64,000 bases of DNA, taken from Escherichia phage vB_EcoM_JE01. A model generated the notes under the pieces. It saw only the letters and a list, made by a program, of their open reading frames with translations. It was not told the DNA's origin and did not search any database. Position 1 is the first letter of the stretch. Every line of letters starts with the position of its first letter. Shown in pieces: positions 31,430 to 40,567 of this stretch. The stretch is taken from the sequence record PQ471460.1, one strand, 5' to 3'. Made by a program: the position numbers and the translations under genes.

Positions 31430-31599
31430 ATAATTTTGAGTTACAATATGAAGTGTTACGTGAACTTGATAATTTAATTGAACTCGCTGTTAATAAAGGT
31501 TTTGCCATTGGAATTGGTCAAAAAGATACTGATCATTTAACTATGGAAATATTTAAGCAAAAGCGAATTATTTTAAAACTTCTGGAAATTAATATATGA
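31426..31599 (+). CDS. hypothetical small protein (57 aa), not in ORF track
   Basis: ATGA overlaps at both ends (31426 and 31596) indicate translational coupling; MNNFELQYEVLRELDNLIELAVNKG... Confidence 0.4.
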   Translation: MNNFELQYEVLRELDNLIELAVNKGFAIGIGQKDTDHLTMEIFKQKRIILKLLEINI

Positions 31600-31781
31600 G
31601 TCTGAGTAAAGAACAAAAAGATAAATTGTTTGAGCTTATCCATGAACTTCTAGATGAGCATACAGAAGCAAACACCTTTTATGATGAATACGGCCCGCTA
31701 TCTCCCGAACACCAGGAAGAATTTGCTGATCGGTTTGATAAGAAAGAAAACGAATTAATAGCTTATGTGAATACGCTTTAA
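31596..31781 (+). CDS. hypothetical protein
   Basis: 61 aa; acidic helical. Confidence 0.45.
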   Translation: MSLSKEQKDKLFELIHELLDEHTEANTFYDEYGPLSPEHQEEFADRFDKKENELIAYVNTL

Positions 31782-31790
31782 GAAGGTGAT

Positions 31791-32372
31791 ATGGCGAGTT
31801 TAATTTTTACTTATGCAGCAATGAATGCTGGAAAATCTGCTTCTCTTTTGACTGCTGCGCATAATTATAAAGAACGTGGAATGAGTGTATTAGTTCTTAA
31901 GCCTGCTATTGATACTCGCGATTCTGTCTGTGAAGTCGTTTCTCGCATTGGAATTAAGCAGGAAGCGAATATTATTACGGATGATATGGATATTTTTGAG
32001 TTCTATAAATGGGCTGAAGCACAAAAAGATATTCATTGCGTATTTGTAGATGAAGCTCAGTTTTTAAAAACTGAACAGGTGCATCAATTAAGCCGAATTG
32101 TAGATACATACAATGTTCCTGTTATGGCTTATGGTCTAAGGACTGATTTCGCTGGAAAATTATTTGAAGGTTCTAAAGAACTTTTGGCGATTGCAGATAA
32201 ACTTATTGAACTAAAAGCAGTTTGTCATTGTGGTAAAAAAGCTATTATGACAGCTCGATTAATGGAAGATGGAACACCAGTTAAAGAAGGTGATCAAATC
32301 TGTATTGGTGATGAAATTTATGTTTCTTTGTGTAGAAAACATTGGAATGAATTAACTAAAAAGCTTGGTTAG
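31791..32372 (+). CDS. tk: thymidine kinase
   Basis: 193 aa; P-loop AAMNAGKSASLL; C-terminal zinc ribbon CHCGKK...C; T4 Tk length. Confidence 0.9.
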   Translation: MASLIFTYAAMNAGKSASLLTAAHNYKERGMSVLVLKPAIDTRDSVCEVVSRIGIKQEANIITDDMDIFEFYKWAEAQKDIHCVFVDEAQFLKTEQVHQLSRIVDTYNVPVMAYGLRTDFAGKLFEGSKELLAIADKLIELKAVCHCGKKAIMTARLMEDGTPVKEGDQICIGDEIYVSLCRKHWNELTKKLG

Positions 32373-32414
32373 TGCAAAAGTTATAAATAGGTTTATCTAA
32401 CTAAAGGGGTATAT

Positions 32415-32627
32415 ATGCTACAATTAACTGAAAAGCAACTTCGCAATCTTACTGTTCTTCAATTAGATGAAATTCGTAGGGAAGTTGGAAATATCATTTC
32501 AGCTTTGCGTCGAGAAGTATCACTCAACCAATCTCCGGCAGACTATACTAGATTGCGAAATTTTGAAAAATACCTTGATAAAGTTAAGGCCGTGCATCGG
32601 CATAAAGTAAATACAGGACAAAAATGA
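32415..32627 (+). CDS. hypothetical protein (rI.1 position)
   Basis: 70 aa between tk and rI. Confidence 0.5.
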
Positions 32628-32639
32628 TAGGAGGCCTTT

Positions 32640-32933
32640 ATGGCCTTAAAAGCAACGGCACTATTTGCCATGCTAGGATTAGCGTTTGCTTTATCTCCAC
32701 CGATTGAAGCGAATGTCGATCCTCATTTTGATAAATTTATGGAATCTGGTATTAGACATGTTTATATGCTTTTTGAAAATAAAAGCGTAGAATCATCTGA
32801 ACAGTTCTATAGTTTTATGCGAACGACCTATAAAAATGACCCGTGCTCTTCCGATTTTGAATGTATAGAACGAGGCGCGGAGATGGCACAATCATACGCT
32901 AGAATTATGAACATTAAATTGGAGACTGAATGA
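32640..32933 (+). CDS. rI: lysis inhibition regulator rI
   Basis: 97 aa; signal-anchor MALKATALFAMLGLAFALSPPIEA; matches T4 RI. Confidence 0.85.
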   Translation: MALKATALFAMLGLAFALSPPIEANVDPHFDKFMESGIRHVYMLFENKSVESSEQFYSFMRTTYKNDPCSSDFECIERGAEMAQSYARIMNIKLETE

Positions 32934-33316
32934 AATTCAGCGACTTTTCACAAAGTGGAAAACCTTCAAAGGCAGATGAATACTTAGGTTTATTAATGGC
33001 TGCGCAAGCTTATTTTCATTCTGCGCATTTTGAAACTAAAAGTTATGCTAGACACAAAGCATACGATTTTATTTTCTCTGAGTTGCCAGATTTGATTGAC
33101 AAATTTGGTGAGCAGTATTTGGGGTATTCTGGTAGAAAATACACGCCGGCAATTCCGGATGCCAGTAAACTTCCTACTGATACAGTTAAAATGATTGATC
33201 GCATACTAGACCAATCTAACAGCATTTATAAAGAAATGCCTCCAGCCATTCAAAGCACGATAGATGATATTACTGGAATGTTTTACCAGAGTAAGTATCT
33301 TCTTTCCCTCGAATAA
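32930..33316 (+). CDS. hypothetical protein (rI.-1 position)
   Basis: 128 aa; ATGA overlap with rI. Confidence 0.5.
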   Translation: MKFSDFSQSGKPSKADEYLGLLMAAQAYFHSAHFETKSYARHKAYDFIFSELPDLIDKFGEQYLGYSGRKYTPAIPDASKLPTDTVKMIDRILDQSNSIYKEMPPAIQSTIDDITGMFYQSKYLLSLE

Positions 33317-33320
33317 CATT

Positions 33321-33344
33321 AGTCTCCTTCGGGAGACTTTTTTC
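33321..33344 (+). terminator. intrinsic terminator (AGTCTCC-TTCG-GGAGACT + T6)
   Basis: 7-bp stem, UUCG loop, TTTTTT. Confidence 0.75.
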
Positions 33345-33353
33345 ATTTTACCG

Positions 33354-33384
33354 GTTTACTTTCCATTTGAGCTGTGATACTATA
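33354..33384 (+). promoter_or_regulatory. T4-type early promoter
   Basis: GTTTAC 33354-33359; TGTGATACTATAC 33373-33385. Confidence 0.6.
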
Positions 33385-33411
33385 CAACCATCGGATAAAG
33401 AGGAGAACATC

Positions 33412-33600
33412 ATGAAAATTGAAGCACTTAATCAAGAAGGAAATATCTACGTCATCATTAATGGTGATTTTTTCGTCGACATGGATGAAGTTACTAGTGA
33501 AGAACTTGTAGAACTTCTTAAGAAACGTTATGATATGTGTGATGAAGCTGCAACTCATATGGCGTGTGCAATATTCTCTCTTTCATATGTGGTGGAATAA
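33412..33600 (+). CDS. hypothetical protein
   Basis: ATG 33412 after GAGGAG SD (track start 33367 is TTG). Confidence 0.45.
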   Translation: MKIEALNQEGNIYVIINGDFFVDMDEVTSEELVELLKKRYDMCDEAATHMACAIFSLSYVVE

Positions 33601-33782
33601 TGATTAGTATCGAACAAGCAGATAAAATTAAAGAATTGGTAGCTTTAATTCGCAAAGCAGATGAGGAACGCATTAACTTTGCCTTATCAGGTATTGAAGA
33701 ATTTGAAGCTAAAGTTGATAATGCTTTAGAAGCTTTAGATATGTTTCTTGATGAAATTATCGATCACAATACGAGAGTTTAG
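33600..33782 (+). CDS. hypothetical protein
   Basis: TAATG coupling; [22 protein letters not shown]... Confidence 0.45.
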   Translation: MISIEQADKIKELVALIRKADEERINFALSGIEEFEAKVDNALEALDMFLDEIIDHNTRV

Positions 33783-33783
33783 T

Positions 33784-33978
33784 ATGCTAACACGTGAACA
33801 GTTTGAAAAAATCATTAAATTAGCACGTGATATTGAAATAGATTCATATCAATTGGCAGTTGAGCACTGTGAAGGATATTCATACGACGGTATAGAAGCA
33901 GCTAAAAAGGATTTGGATAAATCCAAAGCTAAGTTAGTTCAATATCTTGAAATGATTAGGTGGAATAATGAAAACTGA
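33784..33978 (+). CDS. hypothetical protein
   Basis: ATG 1 nt after previous stop. Confidence 0.45.
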   Translation: MLTREQFEKIIKLARDIEIDSYQLAVEHCEGYSYDGIEAAKKDLDKSKAKLVQYLEMIRWNNEN

Positions 33979-34144
33979 AAAGCAGATGTTTTTAATGAAG
34001 CTAATTGAAGAATATGCTAATGCAGTTTCTGACTATGAGTATTCTGCTCGGGAAAGAGGTACAGCTTTCGCAAAGGAAGAAATGAAAAATTATGGTTGAT
34101 GCTCACACAAAACTCCAGAATTTTATTGAAACCGTCATTTAATG

Positions 34145-34174
34145 GTTTACAAGTTGGCAAGGTTATGATATAGT
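34145..34174 (+). promoter_or_regulatory. T4-type early promoter
   Basis: GTTTAC 34145-34150; TGATATAGT 34166-34174. Confidence 0.5.
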
Positions 34175-34309
34175 AATCTTGTCAACTGTCAAGGAGAAGA
34201 GAATGAAAGTTTTGTTTGTTGTGTATGTGATGATTCAATATAATTACCCAATGTTTACTTATAATCTAGTGAACAACATTATTGATATTATTCAAAGGAG
34301 TATGTAATT

Positions 34310-34867
34310 GTGAGTGAGTCGAAGAGAATCAATATGAAACGATTAGTACTAGAAGTTAGTTCACTTTTTGGTGAATTGGCTATAGAAAAAGTAAATAATA
34401 TGTATCGTTTGACGCAAGAAGACGATATGCTATATTTTACGCCTAGCGAAATTATTCATTTAACCCAAATTGAAAAACCTTACACTGATAAAATTGTAAG
34501 CATCAATGATGAGCATAAAATTCATTTTTATTCTTTATGCCCAGGATTTAACATTGAAAGCGAGTCAATATGCTTATCAATTAATAATTGGGATAATTTT
34601 ATAACTAAAATTAAATATTTTTATTATTCTAATGAAAGAAAACATAGTTTAAAATGGCTTAAAAATTGCAATGCTATTATTACTAACGCTTGTGATCGGA
34701 ATGATGAAACTGTTTTAAATGTATCAAAATGTTATGAAGAGGGAGATGTCTTAACTATTCGTCAAATTGATGATTTTCGATCACATATTGTCACATTTAC
34801 CAAAGACGAAGCTATTGCGCTAAAGACTTATCTTGATTCTGTCATTCCAACTATGATTTCAAAGTGA
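34310..34867 (+). CDS. hypothetical protein; paralog of next ORF
   Basis: GTG start with AAAGGAG SD (alternative ATG 34334); shares GFNIE motif and C-terminal KDEAIALKTYLDSVIPTM with the next ORF. Confidence 0.5.
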   Translation: MSESKRINMKRLVLEVSSLFGELAIEKVNNMYRLTQEDDMLYFTPSEIIHLTQIEKPYTDKIVSINDEHKIHFYSLCPGFNIESESICLSINNWDNFITKIKYFYYSNERKHSLKWLKNCNAIITNACDRNDETVLNVSKCYEEGDVLTIRQIDDFRSHIVTFTKDEAIALKTYLDSVIPTMISK

Positions 34868-34873
34868 GGAAAT

Positions 34874-35395
34874 ATGTTTATTTCAAGTGAAAGTGGTTTA
34901 ATTCGTGTTGAATTTAAAAATGACATCTTCCTTATTCAAGGAGATGATATTATTAAAATGAGTTATGATGAAATCAAGAAAATTTGTCATGCTCTTGAAA
35001 GTCATGGAAAGGAAAATGCTACTATTAATATAGGTGATTTATGGGTGACACTTTATGAAGTATCCGAAGGATTTAATATTGAAGATGAAAATAACATTTT
35101 AGCTATTGATAAAAGAAGTGATTTGTTTGATGTATTAAAAGTTTATGAACAATCAAACGGTGGAAGAAAAGCCGTATTGATTTATCAAAAACCGCATTCA
35201 TGTGGAACTGCTTCAATCATTTCAAATATTGAAGATGAAACTGATACCTATATGTGTGTTTTGAAAGCTGGTGGTGACCGTCATCCGGATTTTATTTCTA
35301 TTCGTCAAAACAATGGAGAAATTTCATTATCAAAATCAGAAGCTGAAGCTATGATTAAGTATTTAACAACTGTTACACCTTCAATGAAAGGATAA
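34874..35395 (+). CDS. hypothetical protein; paralog of previous ORF
   Basis: 173 aa; GFNIEDE motif and C-terminal SKSEAEAMIKYLTTVTPSM. Confidence 0.5.
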   Translation: MFISSESGLIRVEFKNDIFLIQGDDIIKMSYDEIKKICHALESHGKENATINIGDLWVTLYEVSEGFNIEDENNILAIDKRSDLFDVLKVYEQSNGGRKAVLIYQKPHSCGTASIISNIEDETDTYMCVLKAGGDRHPDFISIRQNNGEISLSKSEAEAMIKYLTTVTPSMKG

Positions 35396-35397
35396 TT

Positions 35398-35859
35398 ATG
35401 ATTATTAATGAAAACTCTTGGCATTATAAATTATTCAAAATGTTTAATGATGAATGGAAACGGCCTAAGACACTATGCGCGTATTTTTGGTCTATTGTTA
35501 TTCCTACATTTTTCGTTTCTTTTTTCGGATGTACTATACTCGCAGGTCTAACTATCATCTGTGCAGAAATCATACAGAAATGGCTTATTTTTGGTAGTTT
35601 ATGGACTCTTATTCCATCAGCATTTGTACTTGCCATTTTGCTTGTTTTACTTATTATTGGTTCATTTGTTATTCCTGCACAACTGCATGAAAAATATAAA
35701 GATTATAAATGGAAAAAGGATTATGCTTTACATGTAGAAAATATTGATAGGGCGTATAAAGGTTTACCTCCTATTCAACCCAAGAAGTCTATTATCGTCG
35801 AATTTTTAAAAGCTCGTAAAGCTAAAGTATGTCCTGTTATTGAATATAAGGCTGAATGA
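35398..35859 (+). CDS. hypothetical multi-pass membrane protein
   Basis: 153 aa; three hydrophobic helices. Confidence 0.5.
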   Translation: MIINENSWHYKLFKMFNDEWKRPKTLCAYFWSIVIPTFFVSFFGCTILAGLTIICAEIIQKWLIFGSLWTLIPSAFVLAILLVLLIIGSFVIPAQLHEKYKDYKWKKDYALHVENIDRAYKGLPPIQPKKSIIVEFLKARKAKVCPVIEYKAE

Positions 35860-36845
35860 TGAAAACAGTAATGAAAAGCTATTTTGGTAGTCATCTTTAT
35901 GGAACTTCTACTCCAGAATCTGATGTAGATTTTAAAGAAATCTTTGTTCCTCCTGCTCGCGATATTCTTATCGGAAATGTTAAAGAGCATATGAGTAAAA
36001 ACACTAAAGATGATATTGACCATGAACTATACAGTCTTAAGTATTTCTTTAAATTAGCAGCAGACGGTGAAACTGTAGCATTGGATATGCTTCACACTCC
36101 ACCTGAACTAGTAGTTAAATCTGATTTGCCTGATGTATGGAAGTTTATTCAAGACAATCGTTCACGGTTTTATACGACTAACATGAAATCCTATTTAGGA
36201 TATGTCCGCAAGCAAGCTTCTAAATATGGTGTTAAGGGTTCTCGTTTGGCCGCATTGCGTGATGTATTGAAAGTAGTTAATCAAATCCCCGATCAGTGGG
36301 TTGATTACCGAGAAGATGGAACACAAGGACAACGTCGTACTAAAATTGCAGATATTAAACACCGTCTTCCAGAGAACGAGTTCTGTGAATGGGTATTCCA
36401 TAACCACGAGAAAACAGGTCCTCAAACGTTCTATACTGTTCTTGGACGTAAGTACCAAACCACCTTGTCTTTAATCGAGCTCAAGCAATCTCTGAATAAG
36501 CTCGATGCGGAATATGGTGAACGTGCTCGTAAGGCTGAAGCTAATGAAGGTATTGACTGGAAAGCTCTGAGTCATGCTTATCGCGCAGGGTATCAATTGA
36601 TGGAAATCTACCAAACAGGTGATTTGGCGTTCCCATTGCGCGAAGCCTCTATCATTAAGCTGATTAAAGCCGGTGAATTACCATTTAAAGAAGTTCAAGA
36701 ACTTCTTGAAGATACTGTTGATTTGGTTGAAGTCCTAGCCATCCAGGCAGCTAAGAACGGTATGCCTGATAAGGTAGACATGAAGTTCTGGGACAAGTTC
36801 GTTGAAGAGGTATATCTTGAAAACCACCGAAGTTATTATAAATGA
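35856..36845 (+). CDS. predicted nucleotidyltransferase-fold protein
   Basis: 329 aa; N-terminal YFGSHLYGTSTPESDVDF matches the Pol-beta-like NTase signature G[SG]-x9-13-DxD; ATGA overlap with upstream ORF. Confidence 0.55.
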   Translation: MMKTVMKSYFGSHLYGTSTPESDVDFKEIFVPPARDILIGNVKEHMSKNTKDDIDHELYSLKYFFKLAADGETVALDMLHTPPELVVKSDLPDVWKFIQDNRSRFYTTNMKSYLGYVRKQASKYGVKGSRLAALRDVLKVVNQIPDQWVDYREDGTQGQRRTKIADIKHRLPENEFCEWVFHNHEKTGPQTFYTVLGRKYQTTLSLIELKQSLNKLDAEYGERARKAEANEGIDWKALSHAYRAGYQLMEIYQTGDLAFPLREASIIKLIKAGELPFKEVQELLEDTVDLVEVLAIQAAKNGMPDKVDMKFWDKFVEEVYLENHRSYYK

Positions 36846-36847
36846 TA

Positions 36848-36871
36848 GGGAGCCTTCGGGCTCCCTTTTTT
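36848..36871 (+). terminator. intrinsic terminator (GGGAGCC-TTCG-GGCTCCC + T6)
   Basis: 7-bp GC stem, UUCG loop, TTTTTT. Confidence 0.75.
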
Positions 36872-36894
36872 GTTTAAAATGACGTCACAAAGTT

Positions 36895-36926
36895 GTTTAC
36901 AAGCATAAAGCTTTATGGTACTATAC
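36895..36926 (+). promoter_or_regulatory. T4-type early promoter
   Basis: GTTTAC 36895-36900; TGGTACTATAC 36916-36926; 12-bp palindrome ATAAAGCTTTAT in spacer. Confidence 0.6.
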
Positions 36927-36959
36927 AACTATCAACTGATGTGGATTTGGGGGAATAAA

Positions 36960-37109
36960 ATGAAAACTACGTTAATTGAAGTAAAAAAGTTGATTGACAC
37001 AGAAGAGATTTCAGCTTGTTTTGAAAATTTCTTAGAAGATGCAACTGAAGATAACGCAGTTTATCTCGCTCAGAAAATTATAGAAACATATTTGGAGCAG
37101 AATCAATGA
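36960..37109 (+). CDS. hypothetical small acidic protein
   Basis: Track ATG 36915 lies inside the promoter -10; ATG 36960 with GGGGGA SD is downstream of the expected transcript start. Confidence 0.45.
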   Translation: MKTTLIEVKKLIDTEEISACFENFLEDATEDNAVYLAQKIIETYLEQNQ

Positions 37110-37369
37110 CAGTTTACGTAGATGTTTTAATGAATCATGGATGGAAACTTCGCGGTCATCCAACTAAAAATTGTCATATGTTCACTGATGGAGATATTGA
37201 AGAGCTTCATGAAATGGCAGAAGCAATAGGAATGAAACGCTCTTGGTTTCAAGATAAACGCATTAAACATTATGACTTACACGCGCGCCGCCGCCAAAAA
37301 GCCGTAGAACTTGGAGCTGTAGAAGTATCTCGTCGCGAAGCAGTAAAAATTTGGCGAACATTAAAATAA
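37106..37369 (+). CDS. conserved hypothetical protein
   Basis: 87 aa; ATGA coupling; motifs HGWKLRGHP and RSWFQD. Confidence 0.5.
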   Translation: MTVYVDVLMNHGWKLRGHPTKNCHMFTDGDIEELHEMAEAIGMKRSWFQDKRIKHYDLHARRRQKAVELGAVEVSRREAVKIWRTLK

Positions 37370-37372
37370 ATT

Positions 37373-37402
37373 GTTTACAGTAGGGTAGTAGTGTGATACT
37401 AT
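37373..37402 (+). promoter_or_regulatory. T4-type early promoter
   Basis: GTTTAC 37373-37378; TGTGATACTAT 37392-37402; inverted repeat TAGGGTA/TACCCTA brackets the -10. Confidence 0.6.
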
Positions 37403-37438
37403 TACCCTATCAAAACAAATGTTAAATTGGAGAATAAA

Positions 37439-38407
37439 ATGAAAACTGTAACTATCAATAAGGGTATCTACTTCGGTAAAGAAATCTCTGGAACTTTTGA
37501 GCTCTTAGGCGAATGGTTCCCAGATAATGCTCCGGTAGATGCACAGGGAGATGGTAAAGTTTTTGTTGAAATTGACGGTAAACGTCGCGGTGTTTGGGTT
37601 TACAAATCAGATATTTCATATGATGGTGTAAAAGTTGAAGAAGTTAAAGAATCATATGAAGATATGAAAACCCGCATTAATAAAAGATTTAATGTTATGG
37701 GAATGATGACGAATGGTATTATTAATGGAAATATTCGTTCATTGATTATCTCTGGCGCAGCAGGTATTGGTAAAACGTATTCTTTAGATAAAGCTTTAAA
37801 TAAAGCAAATGATAATGGATACATTGAATATAAAAGCATTAACGGTAAAATCTCTGGTATTGGTCTTTATGAGCAGCTTTGGAATAATCGTGAAGAGAAT
37901 TCTGTCCTTTTGATTGATGATGTGGATGTTTTCTCTGATATGGACATTCTTAATCTTCTAAAAGCTGCTCTGGACACTGGAGAGACCCGTAAAGTCTGCT
38001 GGAGTACTGCGTCTTCTTACTTAGAAGAAAAAGGCATTGAGCGTGAGTTTGAATTTAAAGGAACGATTGTTTTTATCACAAACGTTGATATTGACCGCGA
38101 ATTAGACCGTGGTACTAAACTTGCTCCACACCTACAAGCATTAGTGTCCCGCTCAGTTTATTTAGATTTGGGTGTTCATACTAATGAAGAAATTATGGTC
38201 AGGGTTGAAGATGTTATTCTTTCAACTGACATGATGCAAAAGCGCGGTCTTTCTGATGAAGAAACTTATAAAGCATTATCATGGATGAAAGTTAATGTTA
38301 ATCGTTTACGCAATGTTTCACTGCGTACTGCTCTTTATCTTGCTGACTTTATTATGACCGACAAAAACGGTTGGGAAGAAATTGCTGAAACGGTATTATT
38401 AAAATGA
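37439..38407 (+). CDS. AAA+/P-loop ATPase
   Basis: Walker A GAAGIGKT and Walker B VLLIDDVD; ATG 37439 after GGAGAA SD (track start 37427 is TTG). Confidence 0.65.
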   Translation: MKTVTINKGIYFGKEISGTFELLGEWFPDNAPVDAQGDGKVFVEIDGKRRGVWVYKSDISYDGVKVEEVKESYEDMKTRINKRFNVMGMMTNGIINGNIRSLIISGAAGIGKTYSLDKALNKANDNGYIEYKSINGKISGIGLYEQLWNNREENSVLLIDDVDVFSDMDILNLLKAALDTGETRKVCWSTASSYLEEKGIEREFEFKGTIVFITNVDIDRELDRGTKLAPHLQALVSRSVYLDLGVHTNEEIMVRVEDVILSTDMMQKRGLSDEETYKALSWMKVNVNRLRNVSLRTALYLADFIMTDKNGWEEIAETVLLK

Positions 38408-39123
38408 AAAAATATTTTACTATCTATAAAACTGAAATATTAAATTTAAAGACAGGTATTAAGAAATACTATTATGGTCGACATATAACTAATAACATCA
38501 ATGATTCGTATGTTGGTAGTGGAAATTATATAGAACGTGTAAAAGTGTCAAATGACCACATATTATCAAAAACGGTTTTAGAAGTTTTTGATAATTATGA
38601 TAAAATGGTACAAGCTGAAATATTATATATCATGGCAGGTAAATTGAAATATGGAAAAAACTGTGTTAACCTGTCATACGGGGGTGAAGGAGGAAAGGTT
38701 GCAGATGAAACTAGGATAAAATGCAAAAAGCATTCTATAAATTTATGGAAAAATCCTAATCATATACAGCATATGAAGAAAAAGATGAAAGAGGTTACAT
38801 CCACGCCGGAAGCTAAATTAAACACTTCAATAAAAACTTCGCAACGATATAAGGACCCAGTTTTTGTTAGAAAAGTTAGTAATATTATTAAAAAGAAACT
38901 AAGCAATCCTGCAGTAAAAGAAAAGCATATTAATGGAATTAAAGCTGCAAAGCGTTCTCATTTAACTATATGGCAGTATGAAGATGAATTATTCGAGCTT
39001 TGGAAAGAAACTAAATATGGATGGAGAAAATTTACAAAGGAAGCTATAAAACACGGATATCCAAATGAACCGTATCGTAGTATGGTATCAACTTTTCAGA
39101 AAAGACATTTAGAAGAATCCTAA
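38404..39123 (+). CDS. GIY-YIG homing endonuclease (Seg-like)
   Basis: 239 aa; ATGA overlap with ATPase stop; N-terminal GIY-YIG module KKYYYGRHIT...YVGSGNYIERV. Confidence 0.7.
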   Translation: MKKYFTIYKTEILNLKTGIKKYYYGRHITNNINDSYVGSGNYIERVKVSNDHILSKTVLEVFDNYDKMVQAEILYIMAGKLKYGKNCVNLSYGGEGGKVADETRIKCKKHSINLWKNPNHIQHMKKKMKEVTSTPEAKLNTSIKTSQRYKDPVFVRKVSNIIKKKLSNPAVKEKHINGIKAAKRSHLTIWQYEDELFELWKETKYGWRKFTKEAIKHGYPNEPYRSMVSTFQKRHLEES

Positions 39124-39206
39124 GACAAAAAAGGCAGTTCAGAAATAGATTATATGGACTGCCATTAAAAAGATGACTAGAACTAAACTGGTGAATGGAG
39201 GTAGTG

Positions 39207-39509
39207 ATGTTATACTCAAAGGCTCGTGAAATTTACGAAACTAAAATTAAAGAAGCTGTATTTCAGTTCGCAACAACGATGCGATGGACAAATGATTGGG
39301 AGTATTCAAAAAATCATAAGAAGCCCCTGGTGACAAGAAAGGCTCATATGTTAGTGTTAATAGACCGTGAGCAGATTAAAGCCCGAGAAGCCCTCCAGAA
39401 TCATAAAAAGGCTGCCTTTGAATGGTTTATGGATAACACTGCTCCTGAGACTAAGAAAGTGGTAAGTGCTTGGTTCAGTGGAAAAAATTGTGAAAGAAGT
39501 TTCTTTTAG
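39207..39509 (+). CDS. hypothetical protein
   Basis: ATG 39207 after GGAGG SD (track ATG 39195 also possible). Confidence 0.45.
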   Translation: MLYSKAREIYETKIKEAVFQFATTMRWTNDWEYSKNHKKPLVTRKAHMLVLIDREQIKAREALQNHKKAAFEWFMDNTAPETKKVVSAWFSGKNCERSFF

Positions 39510-39511
39510 TG

Positions 39512-39566
39512 GTTTACAAGACTGTTCCTCTGTGGTACTATACAACTATCAACTACGGAGGAACAG
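39512..39566 (+). promoter_or_regulatory. T4-type early promoter inside a 9-bp inverted repeat whose 3' arm contains the downstream SD
   Basis: GTTTAC 39512-39517; TGTGGTACTATAC 39531-39543; arms CTGTTCCTC (39522-39530) and GAGGAACAG (39558-39566); ATG at 39570. Confidence 0.6.
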
Positions 39567-39569
39567 AAA

Positions 39570-40097
39570 ATGAACGCTAAAGATATTTTCAACTTAGTAA
39601 ATTATAACGATGGTAAATTTAAATCTGAAGCACAAAGCAAGTTCTTTAACGACATCTCAATCGGAGGTGAAATCACTGTTGATGGAGGACAAATTTACAA
39701 ATCACGTTGGAATTGGATCGTTATTATTGATGAGATTGGTATTGTAGAAATTTACAAGAATACGAATAAAAATCGTACATTACACTGGTCTCGTGATACT
39801 AACGAACAGTACAAAAAGGATAAAGCATCTAAAATGTCTCGTGTAACTCAAGAAGATATTGAGTTCATCAAGAAAGATATTTTAATGTATGATAACTTAA
39901 TTGCTGAAGAGCAAGCTGTTATTGATAAATTTGACGAGATTAAAGCTTCTCGTGAAATTCCTGATTTTATGAAAGAATCAGTAAATGAACGATACTCTCT
40001 CATTTCAGAGCGTATTGAAACTTACAAAAAGCAAAGAGCTGAACGCCAAAATACTCTTCGGAAGTTTGAAGAACGGTTAAAGACGGTACTCGCATAA
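39570..40097 (+). CDS. hypothetical protein
   Basis: 175 aa. Confidence 0.5.
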   Translation: MNAKDIFNLVNYNDGKFKSEAQSKFFNDISIGGEITVDGGQIYKSRWNWIVIIDEIGIVEIYKNTNKNRTLHWSRDTNEQYKKDKASKMSRVTQEDIEFIKKDILMYDNLIAEEQAVIDKFDEIKASREIPDFMKESVNERYSLISERIETYKKQRAERQNTLRKFEERLKTVLA

Positions 40098-40152
40098 CCG
40101 CTTTATACCAAGGATGGTATAATGGTTCTAAGCCCTTTTAATTGAGATTATT

Positions 40153-40560
40153 ATGAAACGGTTGATAATTAAAAGATTGAATTTATTGATATGTTGTTTA
40201 TGTATAGTAGTTGCATATGGTTATTACGCAATTAATGATTATATGCACTATAAAGATTATGATGTTACTGTAGTTAATACTATTACAGGAACTCAAGGAA
40301 AGGGGTCTAGTTTATCGTTTATTGCCGTATATGAACTCAAAGACGGTTATAGATTTAGTGAATATATTTCCCCAGAGATGTATTCTTCAATAGAAAAAGG
40401 TGATAATATTACTGTAAGTTTACGTCCTTTCGACGTAAAACAGACACTGTTTGATAATATTGTTTGGTTCTTTGGGATGGTATTAGTTCAATCCGTGTGT
40501 GGCGCTTATGTAGTTTGTTCAATCATATTCTGTGTATTTAGTAAAATTGAAATTGAGTGA
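40153..40560 (+). CDS. hypothetical membrane protein
   Basis: 135 aa; N- and C-terminal TM helices. Confidence 0.5.
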   Translation: MKRLIIKRLNLLICCLCIVVAYGYYAINDYMHYKDYDVTVVNTITGTQGKGSSLSFIAVYELKDGYRFSEYISPEMYSSIEKGDNITVSLRPFDVKQTLFDNIVWFFGMVLVQSVCGAYVVCSIIFCVFSKIEIE

Positions 40561-40567
40561 GGAAAAT

